The notes under the pieces are model-generated. The model was not told where the DNA came from, did no database searches, and was given only the letters and a program-made list of their open reading frames with translations. Source: Candidatus Coproplasma sp. (GTDB lineage Bacteria > Bacillota > Clostridia > Christensenellales > Borkfalkiaceae). From it: a DNA stretch of 64,000 nucleotides. The position numbers and the translations under genes are program-made. Each line of letters opens with the position of its first letter. Position 1 is the stretch's first letter. Of the stretch, positions 26,329 through 35,345 are shown in pieces. The stretch covers positions 2,294 to 66,293 of the forward strand of contig JBJEVD010000054.1 in assembly GCA_051884175.1 (NCBI GenBank), given 5' to 3'.

Positions 26329-29145
26329 ATGAAAGAAGAGATATTCGTAAAAGGCGCAAAAGGGAACAATTTAAAAAACGTAGATCTGCACATACCTCGC
26401 AACACTTTAACCGTGTTCACGGGTCTTTCGGGCAGCGGTAAATCTACTTTGGCTTTCGACACGATTTTTGCCGAGGGTCAAAGGCGGTATATCGAAAGCC
26501 TTTCCTCCTACGCAAGGCAGTTTTTAGGTCAGATGGAAAAGCCCGACGTGGAGCTTATAGACGGACTTTCCCCTGCCATTTCCATAGACCAGAAGACGAC
26601 TTCCCACAACCCCCGTTCAACGGTGGGTACGGTTACGGAGATTTACGACTATTTCCGTCTGCTCTTTGCCCGTGTGGGCGTACCTCATTGCCCCCAGTGC
26701 GGCAGGGAGATTAAAAGGCAGTCTGTTGACGAAATTGCAGACAGGGTAATGCTGCTTCCGCAGGGCAGTAAAATTATAATCGAGGCCCCCGTAGTCAGGG
26801 GAAAGAAAGGTGCCTTTGAAAAGGAGCTGAAAAGCTATAAAAAGAGCGGTTACGGCAGGGTCAAGATAGACGGCATAATATACGACTTGCAGGAAGAAAT
26901 TCATTTAGAGAAGAATGTTCGCCACAATATTTCTGTGGTTATCGACAGGCTCGTCGTCAAAGAGGGAGTGCTTAAACGCCTTTCGGACAGTTTAGAAAAC
27001 GCATTAAAGCTTGCAGACGGGTTAGTAGTAGTCGACGACGGCGAAAAAGAGGAGCTGTACTCCACCAAGTACGCCTGCCCCGACTGCGGTATTTCCATTG
27101 AGGAAATAGAACCCCGTCTTTTCTCCTTCAACACCCCCTGGGGTGCCTGCCCCGAGTGTTCGGGTTTGGGCTTTAAACAGTCCGTCGACCCCGACTTAAT
27201 CTGCCCCGACAAGACTAAAACCTTAAGGGAGGGGGCAATCAAAATCAGCGGTTGGAACCTCGATTCCTCTTCAATGACGCAGATGTACATTTCAGCCCTT
27301 TCCAAGGTGTACAACTTCTCTTTAGACGTGCCCGTCAAGGATTTGCCCGACGGCGTTTACGATATGTTAATGTACGGCAACGGCGGCGAGAAGATAGAGA
27401 TGGAGTACAACGCCTACCGCTTTCAGGGTAACTACAAGACCTCTTGGGAGGGGTTTGCAGCCAACCTCCAGCGCAGGTATAACCAGACCTCTTCGGACTC
27501 GGTCAAGTGGGATATAGAACGCTATATGCACACCACCGACTGCCCCTGCTGCCACGGCAAAAGGTTGAAAAAAGAGGCACTCGCGGTTACCGTAGGCGGC
27601 AAAAATATAGCCGAAGTCTGCGATATGTCTGTTGAAGAACTCCGTGCTTTTTCGGACTTTTCCTTCTTCACCCCCACCGAGCATATGATTGCCGACAATA
27701 TAATCAAAGAAATCGACAACCGTATCAGCTTTTTGGAGAACGTGGGTTTGGGTTATTTAACCCTTTCCCGTTCAGCGGCAACGCTTTCGGGCGGCGAAAG
27801 CCAGCGCATCCGCCTCGCCACGCAGATAGGCAGTGCGCTCACAGGCGTTTTGTATATTTTGGACGAACCCTCGATAGGTTTACACCAGAGGGATAATTTA
27901 AAGCTTTTAAACAGCTTAAAGGGTTTAAGGGATATCGGCAATACGTTAATTGTTGTCGAACACGACGAGGACACAATCCGCGCCGCAGACTATATAGTCG
28001 ACATAGGACCCATGGCAGGCGTTCACGGCGGCGAAATAGTCGCTTGCGGTACGCAGCAAGATATTATGAACGAGCCTCGTTCGATAACGGGCGACTACCT
28101 TGCAGGCAGAAGAAAAATTCCCGTTCCCGAAAGAAGGGTAATGCCCGACGGCAGATTTTTTACCGTCAAGGGCTGCAGGCAGAACAATTTAAAGGGTATA
28201 GACGTCAGCTTCCCCGTTGGATTAATTACGGCGGTTACGGGCGTTTCGGGTTCGGGTAAGTCAAGCTTAGTCAACGAAATTATCTATCCCTACCTTGCAA
28301 ATACGCTCAACGGCGCAAGGCAAAAGACGGGCAACGCCGAAAGTTTTGAAGGCATTGAGTACTTCGATAAGGTAATAGCAATCGACCAACAGCCTATCGG
28401 CAGAACCCCCAGGAGCAACCCTGCAACGTACACGGGCGTGTTCACGCTCATTCGCGATATGTTTGCCGCAACTCCCGACGCAAAGGAAAGGGGATACAAG
28501 AGCGGCAGGTTCTCCTTTAACGTCGCAGGGGGCAGGTGCGAGCATTGCCAGGGCGACGGCATATTGCAGATAGCTATGCATTTCTTGCCCGATATCTTCG
28601 TACCCTGCGAGGTGTGCGGAGGCAAACGCTACAACAGGGAAACGCTGGAGGTCAAGTATAAAGGCAAATCCATTGCCGACGTGCTTGAAATGACGGTAGA
28701 GGAGGCGGCAGAGTTCTATGAACCCGTACCCTCAATATATAATAAGCTAAAAACCTTGGTGGACGTAGGATTGGGTTATATCAAGCTCGGTCAAAGTGCG
28801 ACCACGCTTTCGGGCGGCGAGGCGCAGAGGGTCAAGCTCGCAACCGAGCTTTCAAAGCGCAGCACGGGCAAGACGGTGTATATCTTGGACGAACCTACCA
28901 CGGGCTTACACAGCTACGACGTGGATAAACTCGTTAAAATTCTCGCCCGTTTAAGGGAGAGCGGAAACACGGTAATAGTCATTGAGCACAATTTAGACGT
29001 AATTAAAACCGCCGATTGGATAGTCGATTTAGGACCCGAGGGGGGCGACAAGGGCGGCACGTTAATCGCCAGCGGCTCTCCCGAACAGATTGCAGAGGTT
29101 CCCGAAAGCTACACAGGGCAATTCTTAAAAGATATGTTAAAATAA
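26329..29145 (+). CDS. uvrA: Excinuclease ABC subunit A
   Basis: Two ABC modules (GLSGSGKSTLAFDT, GVSGSGKSSLV), zinc-finger Cys pairs and LSGGE signatures are present. The start MKEEIFVKGAKGNNLKN at 26329 is preferred over the ORF-track start at 26290. Confidence 0.96.
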   Translation: MKEEIFVKGAKGNNLKNVDLHIPRNTLTVFTGLSGSGKSTLAFDTIFAEGQRRYIESLSSYARQFLGQMEKPDVELIDGLSPAISIDQKTTSHNPRSTVGTVTEIYDYFRLLFARVGVPHCPQCGREIKRQSVDEIADRVMLLPQGSKIIIEAPVVRGKKGAFEKELKSYKKSGYGRVKIDGIIYDLQEEIHLEKNVRHNISVVIDRLVVKEGVLKRLSDSLENALKLADGLVVVDDGEKEELYSTKYACPDCGISIEEIEPRLFSFNTPWGACPECSGLGFKQSVDPDLICPDKTKTLREGAIKISGWNLDSSSMTQMYISALSKVYNFSLDVPVKDLPDGVYDMLMYGNGGEKIEMEYNAYRFQGNYKTSWEGFAANLQRRYNQTSSDSVKWDIERYMHTTDCPCCHGKRLKKEALAVTVGGKNIAEVCDMSVEELRAFSDFSFFTPTEHMIADNIIKEIDNRISFLENVGLGYLTLSRSAATLSGGESQRIRLATQIGSALTGVLYILDEPSIGLHQRDNLKLLNSLKGLRDIGNTLIVVEHDEDTIRAADYIVDIGPMAGVHGGEIVACGTQQDIMNEPRSITGDYLAGRRKIPVPERRVMPDGRFFTVKGCRQNNLKGIDVSFPVGLITAVTGVSGSGKSSLVNEIIYPYLANTLNGARQKTGNAESFEGIEYFDKVIAIDQQPIGRTPRSNPATYTGVFTLIRDMFAATPDAKERGYKSGRFSFNVAGGRCEHCQGDGILQIAMHFLPDIFVPCEVCGGKRYNRETLEVKYKGKSIADVLEMTVEEAAEFYEPVPSIYNKLKTLVDVGLGYIKLGQSATTLSGGEAQRVKLATELSKRSTGKTVYILDEPTTGLHSYDVDKLVKILARLRESGNTVIVIEHNLDVIKTADWIVDLGPEGGDKGGTLIASGSPEQIAEVPESYTGQFLKDMLK

Positions 29146-29160
29146 GTTAGCCATAAGCTT

Positions 29161-29203
29161 GCGGGCGGTGCGTTTTGGATAAACGCCCCGCCCGCAATTT
29201 TTT
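29161..29203 (+). terminator. Intrinsic terminator after uvrA
   Basis: GCGGGCGG..GCGTTT pairs with AAACGC..CCGCCCGC and is followed by AATTTTTT. Confidence 0.75.
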
Positions 29204-29224
29204 CTATAAATTTTAAAAAAAAGG

Positions 29225-29253
29225 TTGAAATTATAACGGCATTGTGATATACT
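29225..29253 (+). promoter_or_regulatory. Sigma-A-type promoter driving the structured RNA or leader
   Basis: TTGAAA (29225-29230), a 17-nt spacer, then TATACT (29248-29253). Confidence 0.5.
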
Positions 29254-29260
29254 ACGAATT

Positions 29261-29452
29261 GCCAAACAATTTCATCACCGTAAACGGTATAATTTTTTAT
29301 GCTAATGTTAACCTTATTAATAGGCATTTTTGTATCCTATTTTTCTAAGGTTTGCGTTGGCTTTATGCCGTTTACAAAAAATACTAAGAAATTGTTTGGC
29401 GACGTTAGGGTACATTATGCGGGCGACCTTAACGGTCGCCCTTATTTTTTTG
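29261..29452 (+). ncRNA. Candidate stand-alone structured RNA (6S-like rod with a central bubble), or a terminator-controlled 5' leader
   Basis: A 13-bp closing helix pairs GCCAAACAATTTC (29261-29273) with GAAATTGTTTGGC (29388-29400). A nested helix pairs GTAAACGG with CCGTTTAC. A large internal loop follows, then the distal helices AACCTTA/TAAGGTT and ATAGG/CCTAT. The intrinsic terminator GGGCGACC-TTAAC-GGTCGCCC with a T-run lies at 29421-29451. Confidence 0.35.
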
Positions 29453-29479
29453 CCCGAAAAAACTTTGGAGGAAAATATT

Positions 29480-30436
29480 ATGAACAAATGTCCTAAATGC
29501 GGTACTGAGTATGAAGGTAATTTCTGCTCAAACTGCGGAGAGCAAAGGCAAGTTGCGCCTGTTGAGCCTATCGTTGTGTCTAAACCTAATGAACCCGAAT
29601 CGTATTCTTCAAAAGAAGAATACAAAAAAGCTTGCAAAAAATACAAAGAATATTGCAAGGAAAGTATCGAATACAAATATGCTAAACGTGATTATGAACG
29701 TTCTGACGGAAAAACAACGCCTGCCGCAGTTGTTTGGTTGGATGTTAATAAAAAACGCCTTGGTGTTGCATTAACTGTAGTTGTGATAGCTGCATTTGTT
29801 GTTTATCTTTTTGTAAATATCATATTACAAGCATCCTCATTTTTCTTTAGTGTTTCAAACGTTTCCAGAATCGAGGTTGGATATACTCAAGAGCAGGTAA
29901 AAGGGGTACTCGGCGAACCAAATAAAGATAAAAGTAAGGATTATACATGGGTTTATTACGATAATGCGTATACTGATTTATTGAATAAAATTGCAGCTAA
30001 TGACGAGGCACAGCTAAAAGCCTTTGATGCAGGGGATGAAAAAAAGCTGTTTAGCCTTATGGAAGAGGAATTAAAATTGGATGAACAGATTAATAAACTT
30101 GTTCATAAGTATATTGAAGTTAATTTTACATATTCTATGAGTGAAGATGGAGAAAAGATTTATTATGTAAGCACCGTGCTGTTGGATACTACAAGTTGTG
30201 ATAGTGATTATACAAAAAAGGAATTAAAAGAATATACGTTATTGACAAGTGAAATGGATGATTCTAACACTTATTGTAATATTTCATATTCGGTTGAATT
30301 TACTGATGGTAGTTATTACATGGCAAAATCAAGGGCAAAATGTGAAGAAAGCGCAAGCTCATCACAAGATACGGTTTTAATTACTTGGTCGGATGCTTAT
30401 TTTAATGAGTATCAATCATATGTTTCCGTCCAATAA
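29480..30436 (+). CDS. Zinc-ribbon membrane-anchored protein, function unknown
   Basis: GGAGG lies 9 nt upstream of the ATG at 29480. The N-terminus CPKCGTEYEGNFCSNCG is a zinc ribbon, followed by one TM helix (LGVALTVVVIAAFVVYLFVNIIL) and an extracytoplasmic domain. The gene is visibly more AT-rich than its neighbours. Confidence 0.6.
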   Translation: MNKCPKCGTEYEGNFCSNCGEQRQVAPVEPIVVSKPNEPESYSSKEEYKKACKKYKEYCKESIEYKYAKRDYERSDGKTTPAAVVWLDVNKKRLGVALTVVVIAAFVVYLFVNIILQASSFFFSVSNVSRIEVGYTQEQVKGVLGEPNKDKSKDYTWVYYDNAYTDLLNKIAANDEAQLKAFDAGDEKKLFSLMEEELKLDEQINKLVHKYIEVNFTYSMSEDGEKIYYVSTVLLDTTSCDSDYTKKELKEYTLLTSEMDDSNTYCNISYSVEFTDGSYYMAKSRAKCEESASSSQDTVLITWSDAYFNEYQSYVSVQ

Positions 30437-30490
30437 GGTTTATAGATTATAAAATCTAGATAATTAAAATTTTAAAAAATTTCAGTTTTA

Positions 30491-30518
30491 GCCGTACGGA
30501 TAGCCGCACGGCTTTTAA
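30491..30518 (+). terminator. Intrinsic terminator after the zinc-ribbon gene
   Basis: GCCGTACGG pairs with CCGCACGGC and is followed by TTTT. Confidence 0.6.
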
Positions 30519-30588
30519 CTTGCCTTTCACAAATTAACCCCTTATTAGAATACTTTGAATATATAAGTATATATAAGGAGCTAAATTT

Positions 30589-31098
30589 ATGATCCAACCC
30601 ATTATTGCCGAAGGAAGCTACCCCAGCCTCGACGGGCTGTCCTGCGACCCTCAGTCAGTGCGTATAATTTCGCCTGCCTATGCCACGTCCTGCGGAGAGC
30701 TAAACGCCATTTTGCAGTATATTTACCATTCGATAAACTTCACCTGCGCAGGCGACGAGGACACGGCGACCAAACTCGAGGGCATTGCCATAGCCGAAAT
30801 GCACCACCTCGACCTTTTGGCAGAGGCGTTAATCAGAATGGGCGCACAGCCCGTCTACACCTTTAATCCTCCCGGGCAGTACAACTTCTATTCAACCAAA
30901 TTCGTGTCCTATTCACGCTCTCTGCGCAATATGATAGAGGACGACATAATGGGCGAAAAGTACGCCATATATACATACGAACGAATGTTAACCCGCCTTA
31001 AAAACCCCACCCTGCAGGCGTTAATCTGCCGAATTATCGACGACGAAAACGTTCATTTAGAGGTGCTTAAAGGTATACTTGAAAATATGAAATGTTAA
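30589..31098 (+). CDS. Ferritin-like dimetal protein (Mn-catalase/CotJC-type)
   Basis: GELNAILQYIYH, EMHHLDLLAEAL and DDENVHLE are ExxH-type ligand motifs. No cotJA or cotJB gene is adjacent. Confidence 0.55.
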   Translation: MIQPIIAEGSYPSLDGLSCDPQSVRIISPAYATSCGELNAILQYIYHSINFTCAGDEDTATKLEGIAIAEMHHLDLLAEALIRMGAQPVYTFNPPGQYNFYSTKFVSYSRSLRNMIEDDIMGEKYAIYTYERMLTRLKNPTLQALICRIIDDENVHLEVLKGILENMKC

Positions 31099-31180
31099 AT
31101 TTTTTACACTTAAGGTGCGGTGCATTTATTGCACCGCACTATCTATTGACATAAACCCGCTAAAGTTGTAAAATTAGGGT

Positions 31181-32359
31181 ATGGAAAATTACGACGTAGC
31201 CGTAATCGGCGGCGGTGCGGCAGGGCTCGCCTGCGCCGTTACTTTAAAGCAACTTAATAGTAATCTCTCCGTGATAATAGTGGAGGCAGGCGAAAGGCTG
31301 GGCAAAAAGATTGCCGCAACGGGCAACGGGCAGGGCAACCTCTCCAATGCGGATATGACGGTTAAGCACTACCACGGCGGTTGCGCCCACCTTGCAAAGA
31401 CGCTCTGCGAAGATAAGGCGGTAAATCCGTTAACCCTCTTTGACTTTATAACGGTTTGCGATAAGTCGGGCAGAACGTACCCTGCCGGTAAACAGGCTTC
31501 CGCCATTTCGGACAGCCTTATAAAAAGGGTTAACAGCCTCGGTGTAAAAGTTTTGTGCGGTTGCCCCGTGGCTTCGATAAGCAAAAATTTGACCATAACC
31601 TTAAAAAACGGCACCTCTCTCAAGGCAAAAAAAGTGTTGCTTGCAACGGGCGGTAAGGCGCAAAAGCAGTTTTTTACCGACGGCTCCGCATACTCGCTTG
31701 CCACCTCTTTAGGGCACACCTTAACGCCCCTCTATCCCTCGCTGGTGCAATTAAAGTGCACAGGCGGTTTTAAACAGCTTAAGGGCATACGCTCCGAGTG
31801 CAGGGTAACCGTCTTTAATTCAAACGGTAAAAAGCTTATAACAACAGAAGGCGACGTAATTTTTACCGACTACGGTCTTTCCGGCAATGCCGTTTTCTAC
31901 GCTTCGGCGTATTGTACGGGCGAAAAGGGTGTAACGCTTTCAATCGAATTTCTGCCCGAAATTTCCAAAGAAGAAATAGTTGTAATAATAAAAAAACGCC
32001 AAGTTTTGGGTTATGGAGAAAGCGAGCTTTTAGGCGGAACTCTGCACAACGCCCTGGGCAGGGAGATAATAAAGAGGTGTAAAACCAAAGACGCCGAAGC
32101 GATAGCAAACACGGTTAAAAATTTCCCCGTCACGGTTGAGGGCAGCCTCGGTTTCGACTATGCCCAGGTGACCAAGGGCGGCATTCCTGGCAGTGAAATA
32201 ACCCAAAATTTAGAGAGTAAAATTGTAAACGGTCTGTATTTTGCCGGCGAGATTTTGGATATCGACGGCGACTGCGGCGGCTATAATCTGCACTTCGCTT
32301 TTGCAAGCGGAATGTATGCGGCAGAGTGCATTCATCAAAGCATACTAAGGGGGGAATGA
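31181..32359 (+). CDS. HI0933/BaiN-family NAD(P)/FAD-dependent oxidoreductase
   Basis: The YDVAVIGGGAAGL Rossmann motif and the C-terminal GEILDIDGDCGGYNL are present. Confidence 0.8.
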   Translation: MENYDVAVIGGGAAGLACAVTLKQLNSNLSVIIVEAGERLGKKIAATGNGQGNLSNADMTVKHYHGGCAHLAKTLCEDKAVNPLTLFDFITVCDKSGRTYPAGKQASAISDSLIKRVNSLGVKVLCGCPVASISKNLTITLKNGTSLKAKKVLLATGGKAQKQFFTDGSAYSLATSLGHTLTPLYPSLVQLKCTGGFKQLKGIRSECRVTVFNSNGKKLITTEGDVIFTDYGLSGNAVFYASAYCTGEKGVTLSIEFLPEISKEEIVVIIKKRQVLGYGESELLGGTLHNALGREIIKRCKTKDAEAIANTVKNFPVTVEGSLGFDYAQVTKGGIPGSEITQNLESKIVNGLYFAGEILDIDGDCGGYNLHFAFASGMYAAECIHQSILRGE

Positions 32360-32360
32360 T

Positions 32361-33902
32361 ATGTCAATCGTTAGAATAGACAACATTAAACTGCCCGTAG
32401 ACCGCCCCGAAACCGACCTTATCTCCATTGCTCAAAAAAAGCTTCACGGCAAAATTAAGTATTTTAAAATCTTAAAAAAATCGCTTGACGCAAGAAATAA
32501 AAGCAACGTATTTTATCTGTATTCGGTTGCCTGTTCAACCCAACCTGTAAAGGAAGAGGTAAAGACCTTTGAAAAGGTCGAAAGTCCCCCGACGGTTGCG
32601 GTAATAGGTGCAGGACCTGCAGGTTTATTTTGCGCCTTGCGCCTTGTCGAACACGGCTTTAAACCTATAATTATCGAGCGCGGCGAAGCGGTCGAGGAGC
32701 GAAAGAAAAGTTGCGCAAACTTCTTTACCGACCGTATTTTAAACGAGGAGAGCAACGTTCAATTCGGTGAGGGCGGCGCAGGTGCCTTTTCGGACGGTAA
32801 GCTGTTAACCCGAACCAAGGACGGACTAAATTCAGACGTGCTTGAAGGCTTCGTTCGCTTCGGTGCTCCCGAAGAAATACTATATTTAAACAAACCGCAC
32901 GTCGGCAGTGATAAGCTGTACGGCGTACTGCAATCAATGCGCCGATTCATTGAAAGCCGGGGCGGTAAATACCTCTTTAACACCAAGCTTATCGGCTTTG
33001 AAAAGGAGGGTGACAGTTTAACCGCCCTGAAATTAAAAGATGTAAAAAGCGGTGAAGAAAGTACACTTCCCGTCTCCGCTGCTGTGCTCGCCGTCGGACA
33101 TTCGGCAAGGGATACCTTCCAAATGCTAAACAAAAACGGCGTGTACATGGAACCGAGGGACTTTGCCGTAGGCGTGAGAATAGAGCACCTATCTAAGAAT
33201 GTTTCCTTTGCACAGTACGGTCAGGCTGCAAAATATCTCCCTGCGGCAGACTACGGCTTGGTAAGCCATGCAGGCGAGAGGACGGTATTCACCTTCTGTA
33301 TGTGCCCCGGCGGCGTGGTCATTCCTGCCGCAAGCGAGCAGGGAGGGGTGGTTGTAAACGGTATGAGCGATTACGCCCGTGACGGCGTAAACTCCAACTC
33401 CGCAATAATGGTGCAGATGAGAAGGGAGGACTTCGACGGCGACGACCTGTTTGCAGGAGTACGCTTTCAGCAAAAGTTGGAGCAGGCGGCGTTCAGCCTT
33501 GGCGGCGGTAATTTCAAAGCCCCCGTTCAGCTTTGGGGCGATTTTGAAAGAGGAAGGATTTCGGACAGGTTCAACGAGGTTAATCCCACCTACGCAGCAG
33601 GCGTAACTTTTGCGCCGTTAGCCGACCTTTTGCCGCAAGTTGCAGTCAGCTCGCTAAAGAAAGCGATACCCGATATGGCAAAGAGGTTAAAAGGGTTTGA
33701 CAGCCCCTCTGCGGTGATGACGGGTGTGGAGAGCCGTTTCTCCTCACCTGTAAAAATAGTAAGGGATATTGACGGGCAGAGCGTTTCTATAAAAAATCTG
33801 TACCCCTGCGGAGAGGGCAGCGGCTATTCGGGTGGAATAACCTCCTCTGCGGCAGACGGACTTTCTATAGCTGAAAAGCTGTTTGAAAGATTTAAGGCAT
33901 AA
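32361..33902 (+). CDS. FAD-dependent oxidoreductase (COG2509-type)
   Basis: The VAVIGAGPAGLF Rossmann motif and the C-terminal PCGEGSGYSGGITSSAADG are present. Confidence 0.78.
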   Translation: MSIVRIDNIKLPVDRPETDLISIAQKKLHGKIKYFKILKKSLDARNKSNVFYLYSVACSTQPVKEEVKTFEKVESPPTVAVIGAGPAGLFCALRLVEHGFKPIIIERGEAVEERKKSCANFFTDRILNEESNVQFGEGGAGAFSDGKLLTRTKDGLNSDVLEGFVRFGAPEEILYLNKPHVGSDKLYGVLQSMRRFIESRGGKYLFNTKLIGFEKEGDSLTALKLKDVKSGEESTLPVSAAVLAVGHSARDTFQMLNKNGVYMEPRDFAVGVRIEHLSKNVSFAQYGQAAKYLPAADYGLVSHAGERTVFTFCMCPGGVVIPAASEQGGVVVNGMSDYARDGVNSNSAIMVQMRREDFDGDDLFAGVRFQQKLEQAAFSLGGGNFKAPVQLWGDFERGRISDRFNEVNPTYAAGVTFAPLADLLPQVAVSSLKKAIPDMAKRLKGFDSPSAVMTGVESRFSSPVKIVRDIDGQSVSIKNLYPCGEGSGYSGGITSSAADGLSIAEKLFERFKA

Positions 33903-34090
33903 TTTAAAGGGGAAAACGACTAAAGTTTACATTAAAAACATTATTTTTTCATATGTTTTACACAATGGCAGGTTATAATACAGTCATAAAAAGGAAGGGC
34001 GGTAGTACCAGAGGCAACGCCAGAGGTATCGACTGACCCGACAGTATCAAACTTGCTTACACAAACTTTTTTCATATTCTCTCTTTTTTG

Positions 34091-34118
34091 AAAATGCACG
34101 GCGTCCGCCGTGCATTTT
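34091..34118. terminator. Hairpin with flanking A and T runs
   Basis: AAAATGCACGGCG..CGCCGTGCATTTT. On the plus strand it is followed by TTTTCTTTT. Confidence 0.6.
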
Positions 34119-34134
34119 CTTTTACTCCGAAAGA

Positions 34135-34174
34135 AAACCGCCGCGCCTTCCCAAAGGGAAAAGCACGGCGGTTT
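34135..34174 (-). terminator. Intrinsic terminator after ilvE
   Basis: AAACCGCCG pairs with CGGCGGTTT around an inner stem. On the minus strand it is followed by TTTTCTTTC. Confidence 0.65.
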
Positions 34175-34188
34175 GAAATATTCAAAAA

Positions 34189-35211
34189 TTATTTGATTTC
34201 GTGTATCCAGTCTTCGGGAGCCTCTATGGTACCCATCTGAATACCCGTCAATAAGTCGTACAGCTGCTTGGTAACCTTGCCCATCTCGCTCATACCCGAG
34301 GGCAGGCAGATCTCGTTTCCGTGGTCAACAATCTTACCGACGGGGGAGATGACCGCCGCCGTACCGCAAAGACCGCACTCCGCAAAGTCCTTGACCTCTT
34401 CAAATTTAACGGGGCGGTGTTCAACCGTAAGTCCCAAGTACTTTTCAGCAACGTAGCACAGCGAACGCCTTGTAATGGAGGGAAGAATGGAATCCGATTT
34501 AGGGGTAACCACCTTGCCGTCCTTGGTTACGAACAAGAAGTTTGCGCCGCCCGTCTCCTCGACGTAAGTCCTCGTTCCTGCGTCAAGGTACATATTCTCG
34601 TCAAAGCCTTTGTTATGGGCGTCAACGATTGCGTGTAAGCTCATGGCATAGTTAAGCCCTGCCTTGATGTGACCCGTGCCGTGGGGAGCAGCTCTGTCAA
34701 AGTCGCAGACTCTGATAGTAATGGGTTTAACGCCGCCTTTGAAGTAGGGACCTACAGGGGTAGCAAACAGTCTGAACTGGTACTCGTCTGCAGGTTTAAC
34801 GCCTATAACGGGGGAAGAACCGAACATATAAGGTCTTAAGTAAAGGGTTGCGCCGCTGCCGTAGGGGGGAACGTAGTCCTTGTTTGCCGCAACGACCTGT
34901 TCAACAGCCTTTAAGAACATACCCTCGGGGAGGGTGGGCATCTCCAACCTTGCAGCGGACTGCTGCATACGTTCCTCGTTCAAATCGGGGCGGAAAACAA
35001 CTATTTTACCGTCTTTTGTTGTGTAAGCCTTCAGCCCTTCGAAAGCCGTCTGCGCATACTGCAAAACGCCTGCGCATTCGGATATAACAATTTTATCGTC
35101 CTCGGTCAAACGCCCTTCGTCCCATTTGCCGTTTTTGTATTCGGCAACAAAGCGGTAGGGAGTTTTCCTGTAACCGAAGTTAAGCGACGACCAATCCATA
35201 TCAACTGCCAT
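34189..35211 (-). CDS. ilvE: Branched-chain amino acid aminotransferase (fold type IV)
   Basis: 340 aa with FEGLKAY, ...GTGHIKAG... and GGANFLFV motifs. Confidence 0.92.
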   Translation of the reverse strand: MAVDMDWSSLNFGYRKTPYRFVAEYKNGKWDEGRLTEDDKIVISECAGVLQYAQTAFEGLKAYTTKDGKIVVFRPDLNEERMQQSAARLEMPTLPEGMFLKAVEQVVAANKDYVPPYGSGATLYLRPYMFGSSPVIGVKPADEYQFRLFATPVGPYFKGGVKPITIRVCDFDRAAPHGTGHIKAGLNYAMSLHAIVDAHNKGFDENMYLDAGTRTYVEETGGANFLFVTKDGKVVTPKSDSILPSITRRSLCYVAEKYLGLTVEHRPVKFEEVKDFAECGLCGTAAVISPVGKIVDHGNEICLPSGMSEMGKVTKQLYDLLTGIQMGTIEAPEDWIHEIK

Positions 35212-35345
35212 AGTAAATACCTGCTTAATTAAAATTTGCTATTATTATATAACGCTATGGGCGTAAAGTCAAACGATTGACAAAAAAGGTTGACAATGTT
35301 AAAATTGTAAAATAATTAAGGTTTATTTTAATTAAGGGGTATAAA

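Noticed and set aside
29299-29676. A 65-aa plus-strand ORF and a 119-aa minus-strand ORF overlapping the structured RNA region, and the 368-aa extended version of the zinc-ribbon gene starting at 29330.
   Set aside because: The extended start would read through an intrinsic terminator. GGAGG with an ATG at 29480 is the only start with an RBS. The other ORFs lack RBSs and cross the long-range helices.
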